DNA of 64,000 nt. Origin: Chloroflexota bacterium. Its GTDB lineage: Bacteria > Chloroflexota > Limnocylindria > P2-11E. The notes beneath the pieces are model-generated. The model ran no database searches and was not told the origin of the DNA. It was given only the letters and a program-made list of their open reading frames with translations. Position numbers and translations under genes: made by a program. The stretch is from the NCBI GenBank assembly GCA_005879975.1, contig VBIL01000168.1, forward strand, positions 2,119-66,118, read 5' to 3'. Positions 26,738 through 36,204 of this stretch are shown here, piece after piece (the stretch's first letter is position 1; every line of letters begins with the position of its first letter).

Positions 26738-27754
26738 TTATGCCGGACGCAGGGAGCGCAGCGCGCGCTCGGTGAGGACGCGCGATGCGCGTTTGCGCTG
26801 CGAGATCGTGCCTGACGTGTTGTCCATCGGCCGTGCGGTCTTGTGCACCGCTTCCGCGGCCGCCGCGATCGCCTCATCTTCGAGCCGCGTGCCGATGAGT
26901 GCCGCGCGCGCCGCATCGATGAGGATCGGACGCGACGCGAGCGCCGTGATCGCGACACGCGCGTCGGCGACCGCCCGGCCGTCCCAGCGCACCGCCGCGG
27001 CGACCGCTGCGATCGGGAAGTCGAACGAGCCACGATCGCGCAGCTTCACGTAGGTGCTGCGCCAGCCGTCTTCGCGCGGGATTGTCACGTCGGTGAGCAC
27101 CTCGTCGGAGCGGAGGGTCGAGGGGGACATGCCGTCTTCGCGGTAGAACTCCGCGAGCCGGACGTCGCGAGCCCCACGGGCATCCTCGAAGTGAACCGTC
27201 GCGCCGAGGACCATCAGAGCGGGGACGGTGTCCGCACTCGCGACGGCGAGGCAGCGCGGGCTTGATGTCGCAACACGGCACACGACCTCGGGATTCGTCT
27301 TCATGCAGTAACCCTCCGCGGTCCGCCAGAAGAGCGACTGGTCGTACCAGTTGCACCGCGTGTCGAGGCAGATGTTCCCGCCGACCGTACCCATGTTGCG
27401 GAGCTGCGGGGTGCTTACGACCTCGGCCGCCTCGGCGAGCGCCGTGTACCGCTCGCGGACGCGGGGATCCTGTGCGAGCGCCGTCAACGTGGTGCCCGCG
27501 CTGATCACGAGCTCGCCGTTCTCCTGCACGCCGGCCGCGTTCCGGACATGCGTCAGCGACACGAGGATCTCCGGCGCGAATTGGCGGCGCTTCATGTTGG
27601 GGAAGAGGTCCGTCCCACCGGCCACGAGCATCACCCGGAGCGTGGGCGTACCGCGCGAGCGGTCGAGCTCGGCCGCGCCGTGCTCGTCAAGGAGCTTCGC
27701 CGCCTCGCCGTAGGTGCGAGGTGACAGCACGCGGAATCGCGGCAAGCGCAGCAT
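26738..27754 (-). CDS. FAD-binding medium subunit of an XDH/CODH-family molybdenum hydroxylase
   Basis: The protein has VAGGTDLFPNMK and GTVGGNICLDTRCNWYDQ. Its start overlaps the L-subunit stop. Confidence 0.85.
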   Translation of the reverse strand: MLRLPRFRVLSPRTYGEAAKLLDEHGAAELDRSRGTPTLRVMLVAGGTDLFPNMKRRQFAPEILVSLTHVRNAAGVQENGELVISAGTTLTALAQDPRVRERYTALAEAAEVVSTPQLRNMGTVGGNICLDTRCNWYDQSLFWRTAEGYCMKTNPEVVCRVATSSPRCLAVASADTVPALMVLGATVHFEDARGARDVRLAEFYREDGMSPSTLRSDEVLTDVTIPREDGWRSTYVKLRDRGSFDFPIAAVAAAVRWDGRAVADARVAITALASRPILIDAARAALIGTRLEDEAIAAAAEAVHKTARPMDNTSGTISQRKRASRVLTERALRSLRPA

Positions 27755-30171
27755 CAGCGGGACCCCAGCGGCGGAGTCCTCTTTCGCTCGCGCCCTTCGG
27801 TCGAGGCATCGAGCCTGCGCTGCGCACGCTTGGGATCGCCGTTCCGTTCCGCAAGACCGTCCGGTCCGATACGCGACTTGGGCACGCCCCGGTTGTCGCG
27901 CTTCCCGAGGGCTTCCAGGATCTTCTCCGGTGTGATCGGCGTCTCGTCGAAGCGCACGCCGATCGCGTCGTATACCGCGTTTGCGATCGCCGGGATCACG
28001 GGGTTGAGCGGACCCTCGCCGGCCTCTTTTGCGCCGAATGGTCCCTCCGCGTCGACGCTCTCCACCACAATGGCCTCGAGCGCCGGCGTGTCCAGCGAGG
28101 TCGGCAGCTTGTAGTCGAGGAGCGACGGCTTCTTGTGGAGACCGCCGCGGAAGATCTGCTCCTCCGCGATGATCTCTCCGTATCCCATGTACGCGGAGCC
28201 CTCGATCTGGCCCTCGACGTTCGCCGGGTTGAGCGCGCGGCCGCAGTCGTGCGCGGTCGTGACCTTGTCGACGGTGAGCGTGCCCGTCTCGAGATCGACG
28301 CTCACCTCGGCGACCGCGGCCTGGTACGAATATGCCGGCGTCGGGCCGACGCCGGCGCCTTTGAACGAACCCCCGATCCCCTTGGGCGGCTTGTAGCTCC
28401 CCGCCGCGACGAGCGTGCCGTGCTTCGATTCGGCGAGCACCGCCGCATCCACGAAGGAGATGAATTTCTCTGGATCGTTCTGGTCGTAGATCCGGTGGTA
28501 TGCCGCGATGAGGCGGTCCTCCGCCACGCCGAGCTTCTCCGAAGCGGCGGCGAAGAGGAGCGAGCGCAGCTTCATCGCCGCGTCCTTGACCGCGTTGCCG
28601 GCCATGAAGGTCACACGACTCGAATAACTACCCAGGTCAACGGGCGCGAGCGACGTGTCACCGGAGACCACGTGCACGTCTGAAGGCAGGATGCCCAGCG
28701 CTTCCGCCGCGACGGACGCGAGCATGTTGTCCGAGCCCTGCCCGATCTCGGACGTTCCGCACATGACGGTGACGCCGCCGCCGCGATCGATCCGGATCTC
28801 GGCACCCGAGTGCGGCATCTCGTTCCAGTAGATGGGAAGGCCAGCGCCGGAGATGTAGGCGCTCCCGGCGAGCCCGATGCCCTTGCCGCGGCCGAGCTCA
28901 CCGTGCCGCTCGCTGTAGCGCGTCGCGCGCTGCAACGCGTCGAGGCACTCGCCGAGACCCATGGAGGTGATGCGCAGGTCGTTTACGGTGCGGCTGTGTG
29001 GCGGCTGCAGGATCCGCTTCCGGTATTCGAGCGCGTCGAGCCCGAGATCCTGGGCGATCTTGTCCAGCTGGCACTCGAAGCCGTACCGGGGCTGCGTCGT
29101 CCCGTGCCCACGCTTGGGGCCGCACGGCGGCTTGTTGGTGTAGACGCGCACGCCATCGAATTTGTAGGCAGGGATGCGATAGGTCACGGTCAGCAGAGCG
29201 CCGGTGTAGTAGGTCGTCGCGATGCCGTACGACGCGTAGGCGCCGCCGTCGAGCCAGCTCTGGTAGTGGACGGCCGTGATCTCGCCGTCCTTCTTCACGC
29301 CGGTGCGGATGCGCATCTTCACCGGGTGCCGCCCGCGATGGGCGTAGAAGACCTCCTCGCGATCGAGCGTGATCTTCACTGGACGGTGCGTGCGCATCGA
29401 CAGGAGCGCGGCCGCGAACTCGTGCCCGAACGGATCGCTCTTGCCGCCGAAGGCGCCGCCGTTGGGCGTCGCGATCACGCGAATACGCGAGCGCGGCAGG
29501 CCGAGGACCTTCTCCAGTTCGCGATGCAGGTAATGAGGGACCTGCGTCGCGGTCCAGAGCGTGAGCTTGTCGTCGGCCCCGTAGCTCGCGACGGCGCTGT
29601 GCGACTCAATCGGGGCGTGGGTGTTTCCCTCGAAGAAGAACCAGTCGTCGCGGACGTGGTCGGCGCTCGCGAAGCCGCCGTCGAGATCGCCGAAGCTGAG
29701 GTGGACCTCCTTGAAGACGTTCGCCCTCTTGGATTCGTCGTGGATCTTCACATCCTCGCGCTCGAGCGCCTCTTCGATCGTGAAGATGGGGTCGAGGTCT
29801 TCGTAGTCGACCTCGATGAGCGAAAGTGCGTCGAAGGCGGTGTCCTCGTCGACGGCCGCCACCCCGGCGACCGGCTCACCGACGTAGCGGACCTTGTCGA
29901 CCGCGAGTGCGGTCTCGTCCTGTGTCGACGGCATGATCCCCATCTTCGCGGGCATATCCGCGCCGGTGACGATCGCGACGACACCTGGGTGCGCGGCCGC
30001 TCGCGAGACGTCGATCCGGCGGATGCGCGCGTGCGGCCGCGTCGCGCGCAGCAGCCGGCCGTAGAGCATGCGCGGCAAGAACAGATCGTCGGCGTAGCGC
30101 GCCTGACCGGTGAGATGGGCCCACGAGTTGACCTTCGGAAGCCGCCGGCCGATGACCGAGAACTCGCTCAT
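27754..30171 (-). CDS. Molybdopterin-binding large subunit of an XDH/CODH-family molybdenum hydroxylase
   Basis: The 805 aa protein begins at the ATG (MSEFSVIGRRLPKVNSW) and has GGAFGGKS, GTSEIGQGSDNM and HDCGRALNP. Its start overlaps the PRTase stop (ATGA). Confidence 0.9.
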   Translation of the reverse strand: MSEFSVIGRRLPKVNSWAHLTGQARYADDLFLPRMLYGRLLRATRPHARIRRIDVSRAAAHPGVVAIVTGADMPAKMGIMPSTQDETALAVDKVRYVGEPVAGVAAVDEDTAFDALSLIEVDYEDLDPIFTIEEALEREDVKIHDESKRANVFKEVHLSFGDLDGGFASADHVRDDWFFFEGNTHAPIESHSAVASYGADDKLTLWTATQVPHYLHRELEKVLGLPRSRIRVIATPNGGAFGGKSDPFGHEFAAALLSMRTHRPVKITLDREEVFYAHRGRHPVKMRIRTGVKKDGEITAVHYQSWLDGGAYASYGIATTYYTGALLTVTYRIPAYKFDGVRVYTNKPPCGPKRGHGTTQPRYGFECQLDKIAQDLGLDALEYRKRILQPPHSRTVNDLRITSMGLGECLDALQRATRYSERHGELGRGKGIGLAGSAYISGAGLPIYWNEMPHSGAEIRIDRGGGVTVMCGTSEIGQGSDNMLASVAAEALGILPSDVHVVSGDTSLAPVDLGSYSSRVTFMAGNAVKDAAMKLRSLLFAAASEKLGVAEDRLIAAYHRIYDQNDPEKFISFVDAAVLAESKHGTLVAAGSYKPPKGIGGSFKGAGVGPTPAYSYQAAVAEVSVDLETGTLTVDKVTTAHDCGRALNPANVEGQIEGSAYMGYGEIIAEEQIFRGGLHKKPSLLDYKLPTSLDTPALEAIVVESVDAEGPFGAKEAGEGPLNPVIPAIANAVYDAIGVRFDETPITPEKILEALGKRDNRGVPKSRIGPDGLAERNGDPKRAQRRLDASTEGRERKRTPPLGSR

Positions 30172-30725
30172 ACCGTTCGAGGCTCCAGGATCGGCAGGTG
30201 ACCGAGCGCGAAGATGTCCTTCCACCGTTCGGCATCACCCTCCGTGAAGACCGCAGCCTCGGCGACGATGCCGGCGCCGGCCCGCGCCATGAGGTCGCGC
30301 ATAGCGCTGAGCGTGCTCCCGGTCGAGATCACGTCATCGACGATCGCCACGCGCTTCCCAGCGCAGAGAGCGCGGTCCTTCGCGTCAAGGAAGATCGACC
30401 TCGGCGAACCTGTGGTGATCGACTGCGCCTTTGATTCGAGCGCGTCACCCATGTATGAGAGGTAGTACTTCCGAAAGACGACATAAGGGACAGAGAGCAA
30501 GGAGGCGATCTCGTACGCCAGCGGAACGCTCTTCGTCTCCGTGGTGACGATGACGTCGGGCCCGAGTGGCCGAAGGCGAGACGCCAGCGCTCTCCCCGCG
30601 GCCTTCGTCATCTCGATATCTCCAAGGATGTTGAAGACGGCGATGTGCGCACCGCTCGCGACCCGAATGATCGGAAGTTCGCGCACGAGTCCGGCCACTT
30701 CGACGTGGTAGGTCCTCGCGCTCAC
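30168..30725 (-). CDS. Phosphoribosyltransferase (purine/adenine PRTase-like)
   Basis: The protein has a PRPP-binding motif (VAIVDDVISTGSTL). It is 185 aa and lies between the S and L subunit genes, overlapping both by 4 nt. Confidence 0.7.
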   Translation of the reverse strand: MSARTYHVEVAGLVRELPIIRVASGAHIAVFNILGDIEMTKAAGRALASRLRPLGPDVIVTTETKSVPLAYEIASLLSVPYVVFRKYYLSYMGDALESKAQSITTGSPRSIFLDAKDRALCAGKRVAIVDDVISTGSTLSAMRDLMARAGAGIVAEAAVFTEGDAERWKDIFALGHLPILEPRTV

Positions 30726-31195
30726 GTGCGCAGCGCAGCTTTCTCGATCGCCTCATAGATCGCCGTGTAGCCCGTGCAGCGGCAGAGGTTCCCGCTGATC
30801 GCGGTTGCGATCTGCTCGCGTGTCGGGCGCGGAGTCCCATCGAGCAGCGCCTTCGCCGCCATGAGCATCCCCGGCGTGCAGTAGCCGCACTGCGCGGCTC
30901 CTTCCTCCGCGAAGGCGGTCTGCAGCGGATGAAGCCTCTCGCCGCTGCCGAGGCCCTCGACCGTCGTGACCTCCGCGTCGCCCATGAGCACGGGAAGCGT
31001 GAGGCAGGAGAGGACTGGCGCGCCGTCGACGAGCACGGTGCACGCGCCGCATTCGCCGAGCTCGCAGCCGTGCTTCGTCCCGGTGAGCCCGAGCTCTTCC
31101 CGCAATACCTCGAGCAACGTGTGGTGCGGTTCCGCCGCGACGGTCAATGCCTCGCCATTCACGTGGAGGGTGAGGAGCTCCTTCGTCGAGGTCAC
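30722..31195 (-). CDS. (2Fe-2S)-binding small subunit of an XDH/CODH-family molybdenum hydroxylase
   Basis: Cluster motifs are present: CELGECGACTV, CGYCTPGMLMA, NLCRCTGYTAI. No signal peptide is present. Confidence 0.9.
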   Translation of the reverse strand: MTSTKELLTLHVNGEALTVAAEPHHTLLEVLREELGLTGTKHGCELGECGACTVLVDGAPVLSCLTLPVLMGDAEVTTVEGLGSGERLHPLQTAFAEEGAAQCGYCTPGMLMAAKALLDGTPRPTREQIATAISGNLCRCTGYTAIYEAIEKAALRT

Positions 31196-31851
31196 GCGGC
31201 CTGCGCTCCGATCCGTTGCGAGAGCGCACGAGCCGCTGACACGCAGCGCTCCCCGATGCGCTTGAGGGTACGCAGGTCGACCCGCTCCTTGAAGCCGACG
31301 ACCATGATCACGGCGATGCGCCTGCCCCGCGCATCCACGATCGGCGCGGCGACTGCGCGGACGCCGGGGAATAGCTCCTGATCGTCATAGCCCACCTCCG
31401 CGCGCGTGGCCAGCACCTTGCCGTGCGCGCCTTTCTCGAGCGGAAGCCGTCGGCCGAGCGGGGCGGTCATGTGGAGATCCGTCGCGGGCTCGGCGCGCGC
31501 CGCGATCTCGAGCTTTCCGTCGACGACGAGGCCCAGGATCGCGGTCTCGCCGAAGGTCTCCATGAGCGAGACGAGATACGGCTGCGAGAGCGCGCGCAGG
31601 TCGGGCGCGGACGCGTCCGCCAGTGCGCGAAGCTCGGGGCCGAGCCTGAAGCGCGTGTCGGGGTCGCGGACGACGAGCCCGTGGTGCGCGAGGGTGAGGA
31701 GCACGTCGCGGAGGGTCCCCTTGGACACGTCGAGCGAGCGCGCCAGCTCGCTGATGCCCATCGCGCGGCCGCCTTCCGCGAGCGCGCGCAGGACGCGTGC
31801 GGCTTTGTCCACGGCGGGCACGGGTCGGAGGACATTCGTACTGTCGGCCAT
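31192..31851 (-). CDS. IclR-family transcriptional regulator
   Basis: An HTH (MGISELARSLDVSKGTLRDVLLTLAHHG) is followed by a C-terminal IclR effector domain. The start is the ATG (MADSTNV), and the stop overlaps the coxS start. Confidence 0.8.
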   Translation of the reverse strand: MADSTNVLRPVPAVDKAARVLRALAEGGRAMGISELARSLDVSKGTLRDVLLTLAHHGLVVRDPDTRFRLGPELRALADASAPDLRALSQPYLVSLMETFGETAILGLVVDGKLEIAARAEPATDLHMTAPLGRRLPLEKGAHGKVLATRAEVGYDDQELFPGVRAVAAPIVDARGRRIAVIMVVGFKERVDLRTLKRIGERCVSAARALSQRIGAQAA

Positions 31852-31973
31852 ACGCGTACGCAGGATAGTACGCGCATGTGGCGGGTCCTGAAGACGCTCG
31901 GCCTCGGGGCCTGGGAGACCGCTTCTGAATCGCACCAAGCAAGCGACACCCCGCGCGTAAACTCCGCCAACTG

Positions 31974-33163
31974 ATGACGGGTGGGGCGCTCGACCGGTCC
32001 GAGACCTGGAGCGACGACGAGCGCCGCGCCACGCAGTGGCGCCGTCTTGCGAGGGCTCTTCCCGAGCTGCTGCTGACCAACGTGTTCTATGGCCGGAAGC
32101 TCGCCGACGCCGGAATCCGCGATGTGCGCGAGCTCGGGTCGGTGCGGGAGCTTCCCTTAACGACGAAGGCCGATCTATCGACGGACCAGACGGAGCATCC
32201 GCCGTTCAGTGGTGGCGCGACTGCTGGCGACCGATCTACAACGCGGCTGGAGTCGGCAGCCGCGACCGGATCTTCTTCGCGTTCTCGTTCGGCCCCTTCG
32301 TCGGCTTTTGGTCCGCGTTCGCGGGAGCCGAGCAGCTGGGCGCTCTCTGCCTCACCGGCGGCGCGATGTCATCGGCCGAGCGCGTGGCGGCCATCATCGC
32401 CGCGGAAGCAACGGTGCTGATGTGCACGCCCACCTATGCCCTGAGGCTTGCCGAGGCAGCGCGCGCGGAGGGCATCGATGTCGCGCGCTCCGCGCTGCGC
32501 GTATCGATACACGCCGGCGAGCCCGGGGCGTCGATCCCAGCGACGCGCGAGCGGATCGAAACGGAGCTCGGCGTCACGTCGTTCGACCACACCGGCGCCA
32601 CCGAGGTCGGCGCGCATGGCTTCTCCTGTGATGCGCGTGACGGCGTGCACCTCAACGAGGCCGAGTTCGTCGCGGAGATCCTCGATCCGGTGACGGGCCA
32701 GGCGGCCGACGAGGGCGACGGCGAGCTCGTCATGACGAACCTCGGGCGCTGGGGGATGCCGGTCATCCGCTATCGCACCGGCGACCGCGTTCACGGCGTC
32801 CGCGGACGGTGCGCCTGCGGCCGCACCTCGCTCAAGCTCGCCGGCGGCATCGCGGGTCGCGTAGACGACATGGTCACGGTCCGCGGGGTGAACGTCTTCC
32901 CGAGCGCGATCGAGGCGATCGTTCGCCGCTTCGCGGAGGTCGAGGAGTACCGCGTGGAGCTCGTGACCGTGCGCGAGATGGACGAGCTGCGCTGCACCGT
33001 CGAGACGCGTGGCGGGGCCGAACTCGCCGAGCGGGTCGCGAACGCGATCCATCGCGACCTCGGGATCCGCTGCGCCGTGGCGCCGGTGGCGCCGGGAACG
33101 TTGCCGCGCTTTGACATGAAGGCCAAGCGATTCGTGCGAAGACGAGAGGAAGCGAGGACCTAG
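31974..33163 (+). pseudogene. Phenylacetate-CoA ligase (PaaK)-family adenylate-forming enzyme gene, disrupted (frameshift plus loss of P-loop region)
   Basis: The N-terminus (WSDDERRATQWRRLARALPELLLTNVFYGRKLADAGI...LPLTTKADL...PPFSGG) matches PaaK in the 31974 frame. The rest (AAGVGSRDRIFFAFSFGPFVGFWSAFAGAEQLGA... to the C-terminus) is in the frame of ORF 32036..33163. About 28 aa, including the SSGTTGKP AMP-binding loop, are missing at the junction near 32190-32230. Confidence 0.5.
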
Positions 33164-33166
33164 AAG

Positions 33167-33910
33167 GTGCCGACGATAAAGCTGCCCGAGGAATCACAGC
33201 ACAGCGAGGGGGTCCGGAAGATGGACGCCATGATCCGGGAGCTCTCGAAGGCGCCCGCGATGACGCCGTCGACGCGGGCGCTCGGTCTGCGGCCGGCGCT
33301 CCTCATGGTCAACCACCAAGAGCTTGCGCACGTGATGGCGACCAGGACTCTCCTGAACCAGCAGAAACGGATGATCGCGCTCGCGGTCGCGGCGAGCCTT
33401 TCAGCGCCGTACGAGCTCGTCGCGCACACCCGCGGGTTACAGCGCGAGTACGCGATCGACGACGGTCAGATCGTGGAGCTGGTCGCGACGATCGCGCACG
33501 TCACGAGCATCAACATCTTCGAGCGTGCGATCGCCGCGTTCAACGACGTCGCGCCCATGCGCGCGCAGGACATGTCGACCCCGATCCTCATCGAGGTCCG
33601 CCAGAAGCTCGGCAGCATTCCACGCTATTTCACGTATATGGCCGCCGACCCGAAGTTCGCGAAGATCGTCCTCGATCGTGAGGTCGCGACAGTCCTCGAG
33701 GGCGAGGTCTCGCGACTCAACAAGGAGCTCATCGCCTACGCAACGAGTGTGGTGAACGATGCACGCCTGTCGATCACGTACCGGGCGGAAGCGCTTCGCC
33801 AGCTGGGGATGACGAACGAGCAGCTGTTCGAGGCAACGACGGTCGTCAGCGTGTTCGCGAAGAACTGCGCGTTCTCGACTGCGCTCCAGCTCGAGCCAAC
33901 GCCGGCTTAG
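33167..33910 (+). CDS. Carboxymuconolactone decarboxylase (CMD/AhpD-like) family protein, two-repeat form
   Basis: The protein has two CMD-like halves (LIALAVAASLSAPYELVAHTRG...). The usual CxxxH pair appears replaced by P..E..H. Confidence 0.5.
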   Translation: MPTIKLPEESQHSEGVRKMDAMIRELSKAPAMTPSTRALGLRPALLMVNHQELAHVMATRTLLNQQKRMIALAVAASLSAPYELVAHTRGLQREYAIDDGQIVELVATIAHVTSINIFERAIAAFNDVAPMRAQDMSTPILIEVRQKLGSIPRYFTYMAADPKFAKIVLDREVATVLEGEVSRLNKELIAYATSVVNDARLSITYRAEALRQLGMTNEQLFEATTVVSVFAKNCAFSTALQLEPTPA

Positions 33911-34791
33911 TGGCGTTCCTTCGCAGCGCGGTCATCTTCGATGGCCTGACCCGCGGCGAGATCTTTGCCCGGCTATTCCTGTGGTGGTTCGGCCCGGGCT
34001 TCGTTGCCCTCTTCTTCGACCTGCTGTTCCGCTCTACGGTCTACCGCGACCCGCTCGTCTCGTTCATCGGGCCGGTGCTTACGGCGGCAGTCGTCTGGCA
34101 TGACGCCAGGCGCGCGGGACTACGGAATGTGCCGCTTCTCGCGGTTGTCGCAGGGGCGGTCCCGCTGCTCGGGTGGCTTTACTACGCATACGTTCGCGCA
34201 CCACGCACGACTCCTGTGACCGCGACCGGATCGGCGCTGCCGGCGAATCGTCCAGCCGCCCTGCGTCGGCTTCTCGATCCGTTCGCGAGCGAGCGCGTCG
34301 TCTTGGAGACGTCACTCTCGGCCAGCGAATGCGCGGAGCGACTTCGGCAAAGCAAGGTCTCGTTGCTCGCCCCGAGCTCCTGGTTCTCCCTCAACCGCGA
34401 TCGTCCGGTGCACGGACGTGTCTCGGCCGGCGGGTTCGCCCTGAAGAGGCGCCATCCGATGACTCGAGAGGGGCTGATCACGCAAGCCTCCGGCCGATAT
34501 GAGGATCGCCTCGGGACCACGTTGATCCACGTACGCATCGGTCTGAGCGTGTTCGACAGAGTGTTCACGATCTTGTGGCTTGGCTTTGTCGCATTGTCCT
34601 TCTTGGTATTCAGTGGGTCCGGCAGCGCCTCGTTGCAACAGAGATGGATGTTTCCGATCTTCATGGTGCTCATCTTCGCCCTGGTCTTCGTGCTCGTCAG
34701 GCTCATCGCGCTCAACGATGACGCGTTCCTCTACCGCTTCCTTCTGAGCGGCCTCGAGGCTCAGGACGTCACGGAGCGCGAACCGGTCTAG
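33910..34791 (+). CDS. hypothetical membrane protein
   Basis: The 293 aa protein has multiple hydrophobic segments, and its start abuts the upstream stop. Confidence 0.45.
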   Translation: MAFLRSAVIFDGLTRGEIFARLFLWWFGPGFVALFFDLLFRSTVYRDPLVSFIGPVLTAAVVWHDARRAGLRNVPLLAVVAGAVPLLGWLYYAYVRAPRTTPVTATGSALPANRPAALRRLLDPFASERVVLETSLSASECAERLRQSKVSLLAPSSWFSLNRDRPVHGRVSAGGFALKRRHPMTREGLITQASGRYEDRLGTTLIHVRIGLSVFDRVFTILWLGFVALSFLVFSGSGSASLQQRWMFPIFMVLIFALVFVLVRLIALNDDAFLYRFLLSGLEAQDVTEREPV

Positions 34792-35378
34792 TGCTCGAGG
34801 CCTTTCTGATCGGCGTGGCGGCTGGGTACGCCATAGCCATTCCGATCGGACCGATCGCGATCCTGATCCTCCGGGTCGGAGTGGCGCAAGGGCTCAAATC
34901 CGCCGCGGCCGCGGGCGCAGGTACCGCGACCGCGGACTTGATCTACGCGTCGATCGCGATGCTGTTCGGTGCGGCCGCGAGCCGCGTGCTCGACCCATTC
35001 CTTCCAGCAACGCGGATCGTCGCGGCAGTCGTGCTCACGTACATCGCTATCCGCGGGATGTTCAAGGCTGCCCGGGTCGTGGATCGGGAGATCCATGGGC
35101 CGATGTACCCGATCTTTCTCGTCCTCACTCTGCTGAACCCGCCCACCGTCATTTACTTCGTCTCGCTCGCCGTCGCTTTGCCTGAAGTGTCCGCGGATCT
35201 TGCCTCGCGGACGGCGTTTGTCGCCGGGGCGTTCCTCGCGTCGCTCTCATGGCAGGAGGTCCTTGCGGTCGCAGGCGCGATGCTGCATGGAAGGCTGACC
35301 CCCCTCGTGCAACGCGCCGCCGCCGTCGCGAGCGGTGTGATCATCCTTGCGCTGGCGGCGCACATCGCGTTCGGCTAA
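34791..35378 (+). CDS. LysE/RhtB-family amino-acid efflux translocator
   Basis: The N-terminus is LysE-like (FLIGVAAGYAIAIPIGPIAILIL), and the protein has the six-helix pattern. Confidence 0.75.
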   Translation: MLEAFLIGVAAGYAIAIPIGPIAILILRVGVAQGLKSAAAAGAGTATADLIYASIAMLFGAAASRVLDPFLPATRIVAAVVLTYIAIRGMFKAARVVDREIHGPMYPIFLVLTLLNPPTVIYFVSLAVALPEVSADLASRTAFVAGAFLASLSWQEVLAVAGAMLHGRLTPLVQRAAAVASGVIILALAAHIAFG

Positions 35379-35896
35379 CGGAGGATCTTCGCTCCGAGGG
35401 TCTTTTCGAGCTCGCGCAACGCGTCGCGGTGCGCTTCCTCGTCGAACGAGGTCACCCCCTGCTCGACGATCTCGACCGCGTAGCCAAGATTGCGCGCGTC
35501 CGCCGCGGTGTAGAGGACGCAGATGTTCGTGCAGTCGCCGACCAGACGGAGCGTGTCGACGGCGCGCTCGCGCAAGGTGATGTCCAGGTCGGTGCCGAAG
35601 AATCCCGAATACCGGCGCTTCGGTATGACCACGTCATTCTTCGCGGGCGCGAGCTCGGGGACGATCTGCGCGCCCTTCGTGCCGACGATCGCGTGCGGCG
35701 GGAACATCTGGAACTCCGCATCGTCGGGGAGATGGTCGTCTTTGAGGTACACGACGGTCTCGCCGGCGCCACGAGAGCGCGCGATCTCCCGTTGTATCAC
35801 CGGAAGGATCCGGGCCATCGACGGGCCGCAATAGAGCGCGCCGCCTTCGCGGACGAAGTCTTCGATCATGTCGACCACGACGAGAGCGCGCTTCAC
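35375..35896 (-). CDS. Isochorismatase-family cysteine hydrolase (nicotinamidase-like)
   Basis: The protein has the ALVVVDMIEDFV start region and a C-terminal catalytic Cys region (VGDCTNICVLYTAADA). The GTG start at 35896 lies 2 nt after the stop of the upstream VOC gene, and the upstream 21 codons of the track ORF are low-complexity, so the track ORF start at 35959 is probably too long. Confidence 0.75.
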   Translation of the reverse strand: MKRALVVVDMIEDFVREGGALYCGPSMARILPVIQREIARSRGAGETVVYLKDDHLPDDAEFQMFPPHAIVGTKGAQIVPELAPAKNDVVIPKRRYSGFFGTDLDITLRERAVDTLRLVGDCTNICVLYTAADARNLGYAVEIVEQGVTSFDEEAHRDALRELEKTLGAKILR

Positions 35897-35898
35897 CG

Positions 35899-36190
35899 CT
35901 AGTGGCCTGGCGCCGGCTCCCAGAGCTCGATCCGATGCCCTTCGGGGTCGGTGACCCACGCGAAGCGTCCGTTCTCATCCTGCATCTGCTTCTCGTCAAC
36001 GGGCACGCCGGCGGCGCGCAGCTTTGCGACCAGGGCGTCGAGGTCGTCCACGCGGTAGTTGATCATGAATGCGGGCTCGCCCGGGCCGAAGTAGCTCGTG
36101 TCCGGGGGAAGCCGAGATGCCTGCGGTACCAGGCCGCGAGCGCGTCTAGATCACGAGCGCGAAAGAAAACACCGCCGAGACCGGTGACGC
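35899..36190 (-). pseudogene. VOC (glyoxalase/bleomycin-resistance) family gene with -1 frameshift in a G5/C5 homopolymer and no canonical start
   Basis: The N-terminal part (VTGLGGVFFRARDLDALAAWYRRHLGF) is in the frame of ORF 36063..36323. The C-terminal part (PPDTSYFGPGEPAFMINYRVDDLDALVAKLRAAGVPVDEKQMQDENGRFAWVTDPEGHRIELWEPAPGH) is in another frame ending at 35899. Adding one C/G to the run at 36105-36109 makes them continuous. Confidence 0.45.
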
Positions 36191-36204
36191 GAGCCGTCGT
36201 TCGT

